From Podarcis liolepis (lineage: Eukaryota), in NCBI GenBank assembly GCA_965112155.1, contig OZ218114.1: a stretch of 64,000 nt of DNA; one strand, written 5' to 3'. The notes beneath the pieces are model-generated. The model was not told the origin of the DNA and made no database searches. It saw only the letters and a list, made by a program, of their open reading frames with translations. A program made the position numbers and the translations under genes. Of this stretch, positions 26,951-39,725 are shown piece after piece; position 1 is the stretch's first letter, and each line of letters starts with the position of its first letter.

Positions 26951-26964
26951 TATTCAAGTTAGAA

Positions 26965-29242
26965 CAGGCATAGGCAAACTTGGCCCTCCAGATGTTTTTG
27001 GGACTACAACTCCCATCAACCCTGACCACTGGTTCTGTTAGCTAGGTTTGATGGGAGTTGTAGTCCCAAAACATCTGGAGGGCTGAGACTTCCGGGTTAG
27101 CGCCTCCGGCAATGGCGGATTTCCTCTGATCGGGAGGAATCCGCTTCGTGGAAATCAGGGTCTGGACCGCCACGGCGAGGCGGAGACCCATTAAAAACCA
27201 CAGGCGGGAGAAGCCTGTGGACGTGGGATTCGGCTGGCACCCTTTGCGGCTCCCCTACTTGCGGGGAAACCCAGTTTCAGGGATCCGGAGCGACGTGGGG
27301 TGAGTGGCGTGGTGCTTCGAATCGACTGCTCTTTTCACGGAGTGAAGCCGCACTGCTGTTGTCGAAAAGCGCTGACTTTTTCCTGTGGACAATTGGACTT
27401 TAAACAACTACCCGTGAGTAGAACGGAAAATTGGATTATTAAATATCTTAATTTGGCACCGAAGCGGGAAGGTTCCAAACAGGAAGTCCGCCTTCCGCTT
27501 TTGTAAATAGATTGAAGCAAAGACATTGCAAGCTAAAGTCTGGAAAGTCTTTTGTAAAGGATTAAACCTCCATCGGCTAAAATTACTAAACCCCCCTTGG
27601 AAGCAGGAGAAGAGGGGGGAAACTTCAGATTGTTTAAGCCTGCAGGAGAGAGAGTGAAGAAAGATAAATTACCACCGTTTTGAACCTGGGAACGGGCTGC
27701 CAGGAAGCGACGTTTTGGGAAAGTTCATTGACTGTGAATAAAACGTATGTTGACAGATAGTCAAATAAGAGAAACATATTGATTCCAATGTTTCCTTTTG
27801 CACTTAAAAGGAGCAAAATATCTGAAAATCGAAAATAACTTTGTTGCTGGACCTGCTTGTAAAAGGACGGATACAAATATAAATTGTTTCCCCTAGAGGG
27901 AGCTTTTGAAACTGTTGCAGGAGTGGATCTGGGGAATTCTCCAGCTGCAGAGATTAAAGACCGTGAGAATTAGACATTGACCTTGGACAAGAATGTGGAC
28001 AGAAGAAGCCTTAGTGATTGCTTTCTGCAAGACAAGTGCCTTATTGGAACAGCTTCATGAGAAGACGGATGTGATGATTACTAAAATTGACAATTTTGGA
28101 CAAAAAATGACTGATTTGTGACAAAAAGTGAATACTTATACAGAAACTACCCAGGAACCGACCCAGAAATCTGTTTTGACATGGCAAGCTGTGGAGAAGA
28201 TAGAGGAGGAGGTTGTTGTTGAACCTCAAGTAATACAAGTGGAGAGAGCCTCGGCCTTGTATGAACATAAGCTGTTGTTTTTGATGACCGAATCTGGAGA
28301 AAGCCAGATTTGGAGAGATGGAGTCCCGCTTGGATTGGAGAAGGAAAGTTGGATAGATCCCCTTATGCAGGGACGTTTTGGCTTTTGGGATCTGGTTTTG
28401 GGCCAGGGGGAGATTGGAGTGGTGGGGGCCTTCAACTGTGGAGGGATTTTGAAACATGGTCTGAAATATCCTTTGGATTTTAGTTCTGACTATGGAGAAT
28501 GGGCTGACCTGTCGAGAAGGGATAAAGACATTGTTAGGTTGGAGTCTCCCCGAGATCTACTCCTCAGTGCTAAAGAAAGGAAATTAAGAACAAGATCAGC
28601 AGAAGACAAAGTAAAGTGCAGATATAAATACGAAGAAGATCTGCAGAAGGGACATGGAAGAGAGTTAAGAGCCTCGGCAGAAGGTCACCAGGTTGATGGA
28701 CTATATGGAATGGATAGAAAGGACTGACAGAACCCGAGACCAGGGAGAAGAGACGGTGGATGAAGATTGGAAAAAAGTTTAAAAATTTATTTAGCGAAAT
28801 ACTGTAAAATTAATGAGTGTTAGAAAAATGTTGGAATGAAACTATACGGCTTTAGTAGAAATGTTATAAGGAGTTATGTACAAATAAGTTTTAGGGTTTT
28901 TTATGGTAAGATAAGGTTAAAATAAATTAAGACAATTAAATGACAGAAAATAGTGAAAGATGGAAAGGATTTGCTGAAATAATTAATAACTAGAATACAA
29001 AAAAGGGAGGTGTGAGGAGGTCGATGAAACAAGTTAATGAAAGATAAAGATATGGAAATATTGGATGGGTTTTTAATTGTTTTTTTTATTTTTGCTTTGA
29101 TGTATTGTGTGCTTTGTTCTTTTTTATATGTATTGATTTGTATTGTTTAATTTCTTTTTTCTCTCTTTTTCTTACTTTTTTCTGTACTCTTAAATTTTCA
29201 ATAAATATCATTTTTTTAAAAAAAAGAGTTTGCCTATGCCTG
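26965..29242. mobile_element. Palindromic hAT MITE (26965-27087 plus 29226-29242) split by a nested insertion
   Basis: TIRs CAGGCATAGGCAAACT / AGTTTGCCTATGCCTG; 8-bp TSD AGTTAGAA at 26957-26964 and 29243-29250. Confidence 0.92.
27088..29225 (+). mobile_element. ~2.1-kb non-autonomous, internally deleted L1-like retroelement
   Basis: CpG-rich 5' end ACTTCCGG...AATGGCGG, coiled-coil ORF1-like remnant (~28030-28300), ORF2 C-terminus-like LMDYME...RDQGEETVDEDWKK (~28690-28820), T-rich 3' UTR, AATAAA at 29200-29205, A tail, and GAG duplicated on both sides. Confidence 0.7.
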
Positions 29243-30222
29243 AGTTAGAATAAAACAATTAATTTTGTAAACAGTCCTATCACTATAGCTGAAGTGTGGG
29301 GTGAAAATATTTAGAAATAAAAACATATTAGATATTGTACAGCAAAACACTCATGTTCCAGACCACAATCTCACAATATAAAAAACCTGGAGCAAATGAC
29401 AGGCAGATAGGGAAGAAAAGCAGGGAGTCAGGAATGTACTCAGGCTTAACTGTATAGGTTTCTGACAGGTCTGTGTTTCTTTTTATAAAGAATGTATGTC
29501 CAACCAATCAAGGGCACTAAGGATGGTCTACAATAAAACAAAAATTTCATCCTAATACATATTAACAGCATCGACAATCATTAGAACAGCAGCAGGAGGA
29601 ACAAAATGCTCAGTCCAGATTGAAGACTTGGCAAAGACAGCCCTCTGAGCAGTAAAAATAAACCTGAAAAGAACTGGGCTTGCCACCGATTTCTTGTAAG
29701 GACCTTCTGTAGCATGAGTAAGGAACCTCCAGAATGTGAGGTAACTGGGTCCCAATTTGACCTGCAAGGCAGTTTCTCCCAAGCCATTCCCACCTGTCCC
29801 ACTCCTGATATCCCATGGCATCAACTGTGGAACAGCCCACAACCACAGCTTCAAAGTTAACAGAAGCATATCAGACATGTGCTTACAAAGCCTGCCAAGT
29901 TGAGTAGGAAGATATTTTTTTTCCAGAATACAAATTCCATCCTATTCCCACCCATCTCCCCAAAAAACAAATTAACATCATGGCCAGCACACTGCTTAGC
30001 TCCAGAATTTGGAGGATCCCACAAAATTACTAAACCCATTTCTTCATTCTTGCTTTGTGGCCAGATCTATTTTTTAAATTATTTTTAAAAAAACTAATGT
30101 CTAGTGCATTCTTATTAAGATGCCCACAGAAAGCTTTAAAATTGGTTAAGAAAACATGATCGCGTCCGATCCATAACAGCCAACTGAAAGCAAGGTAAGA
30201 TTAATATTCTTGAGCTACTTAC

Positions 30223-30254
30223 AGTTCATCTCGTTGCCTCTGTGACAGCACCAT
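30223..30254 (-). CDS. PAFAH1B1: LIS1 exon 2 coding part with start codon: MVLSQRQRDE(L)
   Basis: GCCACAATGG strong Kozak context, 32 nt, GTAAGT donor. Confidence 0.97.
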
Positions 30255-30433
30255 TGTGGCTGTGATGTCAAGTTAACGTGATTCAGCTGTCTCCTCCTCG
30301 TCAAGCAGCTTGGGATTCTGGGATCCACAATTCAGTCTGCCACAAAGTGGCTTCAACCCAAAGGACAATGTGTCTCCACAAGTAAACTCTACCAAGCAGA
30401 CCGGATGCATTCAACAAGGAAGATTCATTCCAT
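30255..30433 (-). other. PAFAH1B1: LIS1 exon 2 5' UTR part, containing three uATGs
   Basis: Acceptor ttttctag|ATGGAATGAATCTT; matches my recollection of the mammalian exon 2 start (GTGGAATGAATCTT). Confidence 0.85.
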
Positions 30434-31424
30434 CTAGAAAATGCAAGAGTTTGTGCAATTATTGCTATGAAGAACTTCGGCAACACTGAAGTACTGACTA
30501 CTCATTAGACAAATGTTATTTTTATTTATTTGTTGAAAACATTTATAAACTGCTTAATAAGTTTTTAAAAAAAAACTCTTATGCAGTGTACAATATTCTA
30601 TTAAAAGACAATTACAGCCTATAGCTAATAAAACATAAAAGCATCTAACACACAGCTAATAAAACATAGTTAATAAAACATAAAAGCATCTAACACAGAA
30701 AAAACAGTAAGTTCAAACACATTAAACGGGGGCAGAAAAGTAAGTCTTGTTGGTAGAAGCTGGGAAAATTAAGGGTTGCATATAATTTGGCCATCCATCG
30801 TAACAAAGAGAAAAGCAACAACTATGCAGAGTGCAGAAAATGTAATAAATACTTTTGTAATTCCACTAGGGTCGGCCTTTAGAATGGGGACCAACCTTTA
30901 GCTCCATCCTGCCATATGAAATTCACTATTTTGTTTTATTTTTACTACAGGTGCCCACCTTGCTCCTCATCCTCTTTCTTTCTCTCAGTTTGGGGACACA
31001 TGCCAAACTTTATATTGGCTTTGTACTGGTTTAATGACTTGATGAGGTGCAAATTAGTTTGCTAGAGACCCTTAGTTCCCTTCCCACAGAACATCAGTTC
31101 CAGGCAGGGGTCTCCAAGAAGAAGAAACAACTGTAAAAACAGTCAGTCCTATAGCATAAAAATGTTCTCTTCCTCTTAAAATATTTTTAAAACTGAAAAC
31201 AGTATTGACAACACTAATACAAGTCAATACAAATTAGGGAGCAGCCAAAACCCAGTGAACTACAGACAACAGTCCAATAACATTATTACTACACTCAACA
31301 TACAAAAAATTAACAGGCAGGTTACAGAGTACCATAGTGACCCAAGAACTCAAGTCATTTCTTTCTGTACTCAGAGTTAACGGCTATGATTGAACACTTC
31401 TCCACTTCTTTATGGGGTACAGAC

Positions 31425-31562
31425 AGGACAGCTCAATCAATAGGGCATAAGACTCAATCTCAGGGCCATGGATTCAACCCTCTGTGGGTAAAAAAAGATT
31501 CCTGTATTGGTCTAGATTACCCTTGTGATTCCTTTCAACTGTACGATTCTATGATTCTATGA
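31425..31562 (+). mobile_element. Degraded tRNA-derived SINE with (ATTCTATG)n CR1-type tail
   Basis: gacagctcaatcaataggg...ggattcaaccc head and attctatgattctatg tail. Confidence 0.65.
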
Positions 31563-31911
31563 AAAGGCATTTACTTTTACATTATTTTTTTATGTTGTCA
31601 CTGTCTCTCCTACAAAATCTGAAGCCTTGATGACACCAGAATGGCAGGGTTACTTTGCCAAACTGCCACACACTCAATCCATAGAACCTCTCCAAGGCCA
31701 GTCCTAAAAAAACAACTATCAATGAAACATTTAAAGAGAGAATTGTGATCATCAACTATTTTCAGGTGATCAAGTGCAGCAAAGAGTTTAAAACACCAGA
31801 CTGAAGTGGTACAACTCAAGACACAGGTTTACTACACACCTCAATGAAACTAGTCCATACCAACTTTCCTTGGTGGTATAAAGGTGGCATTTTGGGGAGA
31901 AGAGTTTAATG

Positions 31912-32058
31912 CAGTGCTTTTTTGCTTTAAAAAAATGTTTAGGGGTACTCTCATTTTCCTACTCATATTGAAACACTGCCCCTCAATGAGGCCAAACTTA
32001 GATTGACAAAATGTTTAGGGGTATGCATACCCCCGTGTACCCCCAGAAAAAATCACTG
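31912..32058. mobile_element. hAT-type MITE
   Basis: Ends CAGTGCTTTTTT...AAAAAATCACTG; 8-bp TSD GTTTAATG at 31904-31911 and 32059-32066. Confidence 0.88.
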
Positions 32059-32309
32059 GTTTAATGCATAGCAATATTCAAGCAACAGCACAACAAAATG
32101 ATTTTTGAAAAAAAGAAAACACAACCGTAAGTATCTACACAAAGTGTTAACTTTGCCATGAGCTCACTAGATGGCATTAGGATAATACTGACCCACCTGA
32201 AGCTCTGCCTAAATGCTATTTTTAAAATGATCAATGAGGAAGGAAGAGCTGCTCAATATCAACTTGAGATACTTCATGCATCCTGTTTTAAGTATATAGT
32301 CAGCTTGTG

Positions 32310-32735
32310 AAGTAAGCCCACAACTTACGCGGGGCTTACATTCCAGGATCTCGCCTAAAGCCAAAATTGCATATACAGTGGTACCTCAGGTTACATACGC
32401 TTCAGGTTACAGACTCCACTAACCCAGAAATAGTGCTTCAGGTTAAGAACTTTGCTTCAGGATGAGAACAGAAATTGTGCTCCGGCGGCGCAGCAGCAGC
32501 AGAAGGCCCTAAAGTGGTGCTTCAGGTTAAGAACAGTTTCAGGTTAAGAACAGACCTCCAGAACGAATTAAGTTCTTAACCCGAGGTACCACTGTAGTCA
32601 AAACACATTGGGTTCAATGGCATGTGGGATTGCCAAAGTCTTTTTTCTGCAGGTACCTGCCCCCCCTTTAAATTACCAAGTACATGAAGCTGAATGCGCA
32701 CAAGTTAAATGCCAGTAAGTTGCACGCTTACTGTA
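32310..32735. mobile_element. Older Tigger-like MITE hosting a nested younger MITE
   Basis: Ends AGTAAGCCCACAACTTAC / GTAAGTTGCACGCTTACTGTA; a related copy lies near 58405-58585. Confidence 0.6.
32376..32594. mobile_element. Tc1/mariner (Tigger-like) MITE
   Basis: TIRs CAGTGGTACCTC(A/G)GGTTA; TA TSD. Confidence 0.9.
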
Positions 32736-34950
32736 TCTACATAGTTTTTCATAAAACTTGGCTATCAAACTAGAGTTGGTAAATATGAAACACTTGAGAT
32801 TTTTCCTGGAATTCTGCACACAGAAAGCAATTCAGCTCCTCAAGAATTTTAGCATTCTTTTACAGATGCTAACTTCATTAGAGTTCTCATTGGCACTACT
32901 TTGGAGACTCTTATTTTATTCCCCAAATATGAGAAGTCGTGAACATATAAAGATTCTTAGCAGAGCTTGCATGGTATGGGACGGACTCTTTCACCTATGA
33001 TAACAATTTGCTATCATTTTAGGAGTCAGACAGAATATTATTTGTTGTTGTTGACCTCACAGACACACACACACAGTGCCTCTTCTCTCAACTGGCATCA
33101 TTCCGCTGCTGCAGTTCTCAGCGAGGACAGATGTGCCATTCCGACAAAGAGCTGCCTCTATGATCTTACAAGGAATCCAAGTACTGCAGGTGTTGCTGCT
33201 GTGTAAACAGCAGTGTCGTCATCCTGCACAGTGCCAGAAGCACTGCCTGGTTGTTATGTATGTACTCTGACAAGAAGTTCTGCATGCCACAAGTCACTAG
33301 TAGCAACCAAAGCTACAAAGGCAATCGAAATAAATTAGATCCAGGAAAACAGGTCAAAGTGCATTAATAACAAACTCCTACCAGATACCATTTGTAGCCT
33401 CCCTGTTTTAAAAGAACCGCCAGAAGGATCTACCATATCCACTCATTGCTTTCACTACCTGGGCCAGGTCAGGTGGTCCCTCCCCAGGATTTTGGAACCA
33501 ACTGCCTATAAGAACAGCAACTATCTGCTGTGAGGATGATGGTATCAACTGGGCCCCTGAGAACCTACCTGCAGCAGTGGGAGGAATAAGTCACTGGCCT
33601 ATGCAGCTAGGCTGAACATGCCCCACCCTGTAAGGGAGCCTTTCCCAACACAATGCCCTTCAGATGTTTTAGACTGCAACTCCTATCAGCCCCAGGCAAC
33701 ATCTGTCAGGGAAGGTAGTTGTAAAGTCAACAACTTCTGTCTGCATTACAGTCACTTCCAAGATGGTGTGACTCATTAAGACCTAATTTGTTTTTGACTA
33801 TAAGCAGCTCGTTTCCCTTCAAGCTGGTCATTGCAAGAACTTTTTATCAGGAGCCTATGTCATTTTTCTCTTCCCTCTCCATCACTTTATTCTTTTGTGT
33901 CACATCTTTTCAGATTCTAAGCCTGAAGTTAGGGACTGTGTTGTTTTTATTACTTACTCTTAAGCCATTCTTTCTCAAGAAAGGGGTATAAATGCTGTGA
34001 CTAGTAAGTATTTCCCCAAAATCACAAACAAGAAAGTCTGGAAGTCTGCATCATAATTCTGAAACAGAAGCAGAAAGAACGTCTGCCATAATTTATGCAC
34101 ATTAAACCAGTCTAAACTTAAGAACTAATGCATGACTCCTACTGAATTCCATCTGATCATCCTAAATTTCTCATTTTTCTACATGAGGAGGAGGACTAGA
34201 AGAATGCTTATAAGCTGGAGGTTGGAATTCTAATGGAAGCAAATCAGTATTTTGTTGGGATACTTACAGTCTCAAACCGAATCCAATATTACTTGACTCC
34301 AAAGGGATTTACATTGTCTTGAACAACAGCCACTCTTGCTGAATAATAAACTGCATTTGAAATTAAGGAGGCTTTCAAAATGAAGAGTCAGCCGTTTTAA
34401 AAAGATGCAAATCAATTTTATGAGCTTAAGCAGCTTTTTGGATCCTACCGGATATTCTGCACTCCATGCCAAGCAGAGTAAGACCACCATCCAGTGATAT
34501 TCTTTAATCTTTTTGCCAGGTGCTTCTTAACCTTGAAGCAAATCTATTTCAACCTTCATTCTAAACATAGAGCTGGAGAGGTTATTGTCAGTCACAGAAT
34601 CCAACCCATGCTAGATTTGGCCTAGCCAGGGAGGACCCCCCAAAATCAGCTGTTTTAACTCCTTTCTCTCTGTCAGAGGCCCAAGCAAAGAACCTTGCAC
34701 TCAAAGACCTGCCACAACCTTCCATATTTCATTATCACCATGGTTAAGATAGGGGATCCATCAAAATCAAGTTGTAATCGCCCTACAACAGTATACCTAA
34801 ATGAAATATCCTCTTCTGCCTCTAAGTAAAGTGGTTGGGGGGAAAACAACGTGAGTTGAGTTAAAAAAACAATGGTGAGTTAAATGGCACTTATGTGCAT
34901 GCATGTTTCCTTGTCCTCTTCAAATGGGATCATTCCTCAGGATAGCTGAA

Positions 34951-35051
34951 CAAGTACGTACAAAGCACAACAAAAAATGGCTTTCCTGGGTGAAAGGAAG
35001 TTTGCTACCCTTTATAAAGCAAGAGACAATAATACAAATCAGATCGTTTTT
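34951..35051 (+). pseudogene. CDK7: Processed CDK7 pseudogene fragment (N-terminal, Gly-rich loop region)
   Basis: RTKHNKK/xAFLGERKFATLYKARDNNTNQIV vs CDK7 [31 protein letters not shown]; one frameshift, and no intron at GEGQ|FATV. Confidence 0.75.
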
Positions 35052-35614
35052 GTTTCCTCTCAGCTGTGGCCCACATTGTTATCCATTCACACAACTCACT
35101 GGGAAGCTACTGAGAATGGAGCCACTGCCTCTCTGCCTAGGTCCACTCCAACGTTACCATCAGGACCCATTTCTTGCTGCAAGGCTAAAGCACACAGTAC
35201 AGAGATCAGCTTTCTACATATATCAAATAAATTCTCAGAAATTACAAATAACTATCCTGCTTCTTTTAGGATTATCTGATTGTATACAGAGTACAAAACA
35301 TCACTGTTGGTGTTGAAAGCCTGGGAGTTCATGAACCCGAGTCTTTTCTTAACAGATAGCTACTTATCTAAAATGAGAGCTGAAAATTATTTTCAGATCC
35401 AAAAGGCCTGTATCAATTTTTTTAAATGGAAGATAGAATCATTTTTTTCCAGCCTAGCCATGCAGGCACCTAGAAATCCAATATAAGTAGCTTTGATTTT
35501 GAAGAAATTTAGTTTCAAGTAGAAATAAGAGTTTGATTTTGATACCTGACATTTGCTTTTTTCCAGCTTAGGTTTTGATTTTCAAAATAACAATGATAGA
35601 ATATAATGTACAAA

Positions 35615-35808
35615 GGGCTGCAGATCCATGGTAGAGCACATGCTCTGTGCACAGAACATCCAAGGTTGAATTCCCAGTATCTCCCAAAAGGGCTGGTAGA
35701 GACTGCTGGTCAGAAACACCCTGAAGACCCACTGCCAGTTAGTGTAGACAGTAATGAACTAGAAGGACCAAAGGTCTGAAATAGTGTAAGGCAGCTTCCT
35801 GTATTCCC
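35615..35808 (+). mobile_element. Degraded tRNA-derived SINE
   Basis: tggtagagca A-box remnant, ggttgaattcc B-box remnant, body ending gtaaggcagcttcct. Confidence 0.65.
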
Positions 35809-35887
35809 AAGAGCGCAATTTCCATCAAATGAACAGAGGCAGAGGAAAAAAATAATGTTGGACAATACAGCAGCATGCCATGTGCGA

Positions 35888-36360
35888 TAGGGCTGCCATA
35901 TTCCGAGGATCAAAAACCCAGACACACACACCCCACCATCAGAACACACACACCCCACCATCCCGCATCTCCCTCGCTCACCCCCTCACTGCCTCTGACC
36001 CCTTCCTCGCTGGCCTGCTCCCTCTTCCTTCCCCTGTCTTACCTTTCCTGTCTTTGGCCTCCTGCTCATGATGGGAGGCTGAGCTGCCCCAGAAAAGCCG
36101 AACAAGGCCTGGCAGCCGCTGGGACCAGCACAGGGCCTAGCACAGCCCTGGGAAGGCCACTCCAGACCACCCCACTTCCTGTTCTGGGACAAAGTGCCTT
36201 CTAGGCATGCACGTGCCCCACAAAAAAACCAAAAACATAATAATAAATAAATAAACCAACCGCAGACATTTAATCCAAAATGCAAAAATCTGCCCGGATA
36301 GGGGTGCTGGCCCCCAAAATACAGACATGTCTGGGAAATCCCAGACGTATGGCAACCCTA
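35888..36360. mobile_element. hAT-type non-autonomous element with TAGGG(T/C)TGCCA termini
   Basis: TAGGGCTGCCATA...TATGGCAACCCTA; flanks ATGTGCGA and ATGCATGA are consistent with a CpG-decayed ATGCGCGA TSD. Confidence 0.75.
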
Positions 36361-37243
36361 ATGCATGACAACTAGAGTGTATTGTATTTTACTACTTCCC
36401 TGGTCACCACTGGTTCCATACAGCAAAGTGCATGGAATTCACTCCAAGCAAGTAGGCAGAGTGGGGAAGTAGGGAGAGATCAGTTTTTTCCTGTGACATC
36501 ACAATGCGCTTCTAAAGTACAAAATTTACTTGTTTAAAAATACTCATTGCTTATTGGCTTTTCTTCACCTGAATTTGATTGCTGTTTAAATTCCTCACAC
36601 AGAGCTTACTGTGGTAGATGTGCAACCTATATGGAATCAAATCGCATTGAACCAAAGATGGTTCTAACATGAACATTTCCCTTTAAAGCAAATGCACTTC
36701 CTAATAATTATAGAAACACACAGTTGTGTCTAAATAGAATTACCATGGTGCATTAGCTGCTATTTATATGCTAATACCAAGAGAGACTAAGGACCCTGAC
36801 CTTTTGATCTGGTTAAAGTGCATTTACTCCACATGGATGGCTATCCACACACAACAAGTGCACCATTCAGTAGGTAGATTTCCTTTTAAGTTCAACCAAA
36901 CTAGGGTTAGATAGAACTCTTATGGCCAGTGCAGCTTCACCAGAGTTGCACTTCCATAGAACTCCCTGACACATTAACCACATTCGGACACAAAGCTAAA
37001 CCAGGGGCTTAACGCCACAGGAACAAAAATTGGCCTCCCAGGTACACATGCTCCCTTCAATTTTCATGAGCAGCACTGCGTGAGTTCAGAAATTTTTGCT
37101 TCTGCTTTTAGTTAAGTGTAGCTTATAATTTCATCCAAACCAGGAACTGTGGTTAACATTAACTAGGGTTACTTTCAGAAAGCCAGCTTCATACCCTGTG
37201 ATTTGAAATTGGCTTGTTTTGAGACTAAACATAGCTAACTGCA

Positions 37244-37291
37244 GTTGGTTGGTTGGTTGGTTGGTTGGTTGGTTGGTTGGTTGGTTGGTTT
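37244..37291. repeat. (GGTT)n microsatellite
   Basis: Read directly. Confidence 0.95.
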
Positions 37292-37645
37292 GGATAGAAA
37301 GTGCTGCACAGAAGGAGCCCAATAGCCTAGGATGACTATACCTGATCATAATAGTGCTAAACCATGGTGGCTCTAAACAAGATAAGAATGCTGCAGAATG
37401 CCTGTGTATCTTAAAAAAACAAGCAAGCAGGCTAGTACGCCTTTTGTGACTTAATTTTTAAAAACTTTTATGCAGGACTAGATTCATGGTTGTCAACATT
37501 TTAACCACTACGTACTAAAACAAATACTCACACTCTTACAAAGTTACTGTGTGGGAAAGTTAGAAATCTTTTAAGCATTCATCACCAAAAATCCAGACAC
37601 CAAAGCTGCTTCCATGCAAGAATGCAATGCTTCTCAGCACTAATA

Positions 37646-37758
37646 CAGTGGTACCTCGGGTTACATACGCTTAAGGTTACATACACTTCAGGTTACAGAC
37701 TCCGCTAACCCAGAAATAGTACCTCGGGTTAAGAACTTTGCTTCAGGATTAGAACAGA
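37646..37758. mobile_element. Truncated copy of the Tigger-like MITE at 32376
   Basis: TA-CAGTGGTACCTCGGGTTAC left end present, right TIR absent. Confidence 0.85.
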
Positions 37759-39725
37759 CATTAAAACTTCCCGAAACAATCGATGAACAGAGCTAAGCCT
37801 TAATTTGTGACCTGAGTATCACATACAACAGGAAGCTGAGGAAAATAATTGGATGTTAGATTTTCAAATAGAAAAAACATTCTGTATCAGCCACTTGCCC
37901 CTATGGGAGAAGTGCAATATAAATGCAATGAATTAAAAAAAAATTAAAAAATGTCAAAAAGCATTCATACCCAAGCTTGTTTTAGGTTTTTATTCTACGC
38001 TGTCCCAAAGGCTTGGAGTAGTTACAACACATCCAAGCTAAAATATAAATACAGAAACAGCAAGATCAAATCAAATTTCTAAAAACCTACTCAATGTAAC
38101 CTTAGCTTGGCCAGTAAGTGCCCACCTTACAATTTTTCCTGGAAAATGTTTGATGAAATGTTGTATTCCTGTTGGAATAGCTAGGATGTTATTACCAATT
38201 TTCATACCACCTTCCATAAGTAGATCCAAACACAGCTAATGTATCCTATAAATATTTTCATCATAATACAGCCAAGAACCAGGGGTGTCAAGAGGATTTT
38301 AAGGGTGCAGTGCGCTGTATGTTGATTGCATCCTCTGCTATGTTCGCAAGAGATGGCACACACTTACATATGCTTTTTGACATAATTTTAGCAACATTAT
38401 TTGTTTGCTACTTAATTGTAAATAAAGCCTCTAAGCGGTTTATAAAAATATATACATCGGGATACCTAATAAACATCAATGTCAAAACAAGTTTCTTAAA
38501 TAAATAAATAAATAAATAAAATCAAGCATTAAAAATAGAGGCTAAAATTACATAAGAAAATGCACACTGGCATATCTGGATAGGCTTGGCTAAACAAAAA
38601 ACAGCTGGCAAATTTATATCATTTCTTGTAGATGGGGTGAAGGGCCCAAAAGCAAATCAGGGCCCAAAACTGTTTTTCCATGTTTAAAAGGTCTTAACCA
38701 ACAGTTGTTAAAGGCTCAACATCCCTGCTCAAACCAGCTGTAAAATCATATAAAGAACTTTCATGGTTTCATGAGGTGTGTAAAGCAGTTTATGTTACCA
38801 GTGACATCTCTCATCAGCTGAACTCTCACCAGCAGAAATACATACATTCTGTTGCAAGAGCAGACGCGGTATTTTAAAGGGTAGGCTAGAGTAGGGGTCA
38901 AAAGATCAAGATTTGAAGCAGCCAAGATTCAGGTGCCTATGCTAGGATAAATTCAAGAGTACAGTAAACTGTTTAAAAGAAAGCAGTGTAGTCTAACAGC
39001 ATTTACCGAGCATCAGCATGAGTCAAGCTGCCTTTTGTGTTTTTTGAGCAAAACCAATTTGAGCCTTGAATATACATAAACAGATCCATTTAAGTGTTTA
39101 TTCCAGCAACAAAATCAAAGACACACAACCCATTTCCCCATATGAGTGGGCAATCTATATATAAAGCCTCTGCACATTACTGCTCCCATCTACTTAACAG
39201 CGCTCATGCACACACACTGTATTTCTATATACAAAAAAACCCCAACACAAAGAACGCTAACACCAGATGACATTTAGGTGGGCAGAGTACTGTTGCACTC
39301 AGGTCCTGCTTGCAGGCTTCTCATAGGAAATTGGTTGGCCACTGTGAGAACAGGATGCTGGACTAGAAGGGACACTGGCCTGATCCAACAGGCTCTTGTT
39401 ATGTTTTTTTAATAAGCTCGTTTCGTCTTACGCAGGTTTTATTCCAGCTCATAATACTGGGCTGTGAATACGCGTGTCATAAAAAATTCTCCAATAAAAA
39501 GACTGATTTGTATCGCCTTTGGTTTTACTTGCTCTCCACTCAACCCCTACAGCACCAGCCATGGAGAGCCACTTGGAAATTCACCTGGTCCTCCCCAATT
39601 AATGTTTATTGTGGCGAGTGCTTTTCTGAGGTGTCTAAAACGGAAACATTTTTTAAATCCAACCATGTATTTCTTAGTGCTTTTTTAAGCTACATGGTGT
39701 CTCTTAAACCTGTCCAGCTTAATTA

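Noticed and set aside
28128-28727. 199-aa ORF as a functional gene
   Set aside because: Lies within the L1-derived insert, has a GTG start and is preceded by an in-frame stop in the ORF1-like remnant.
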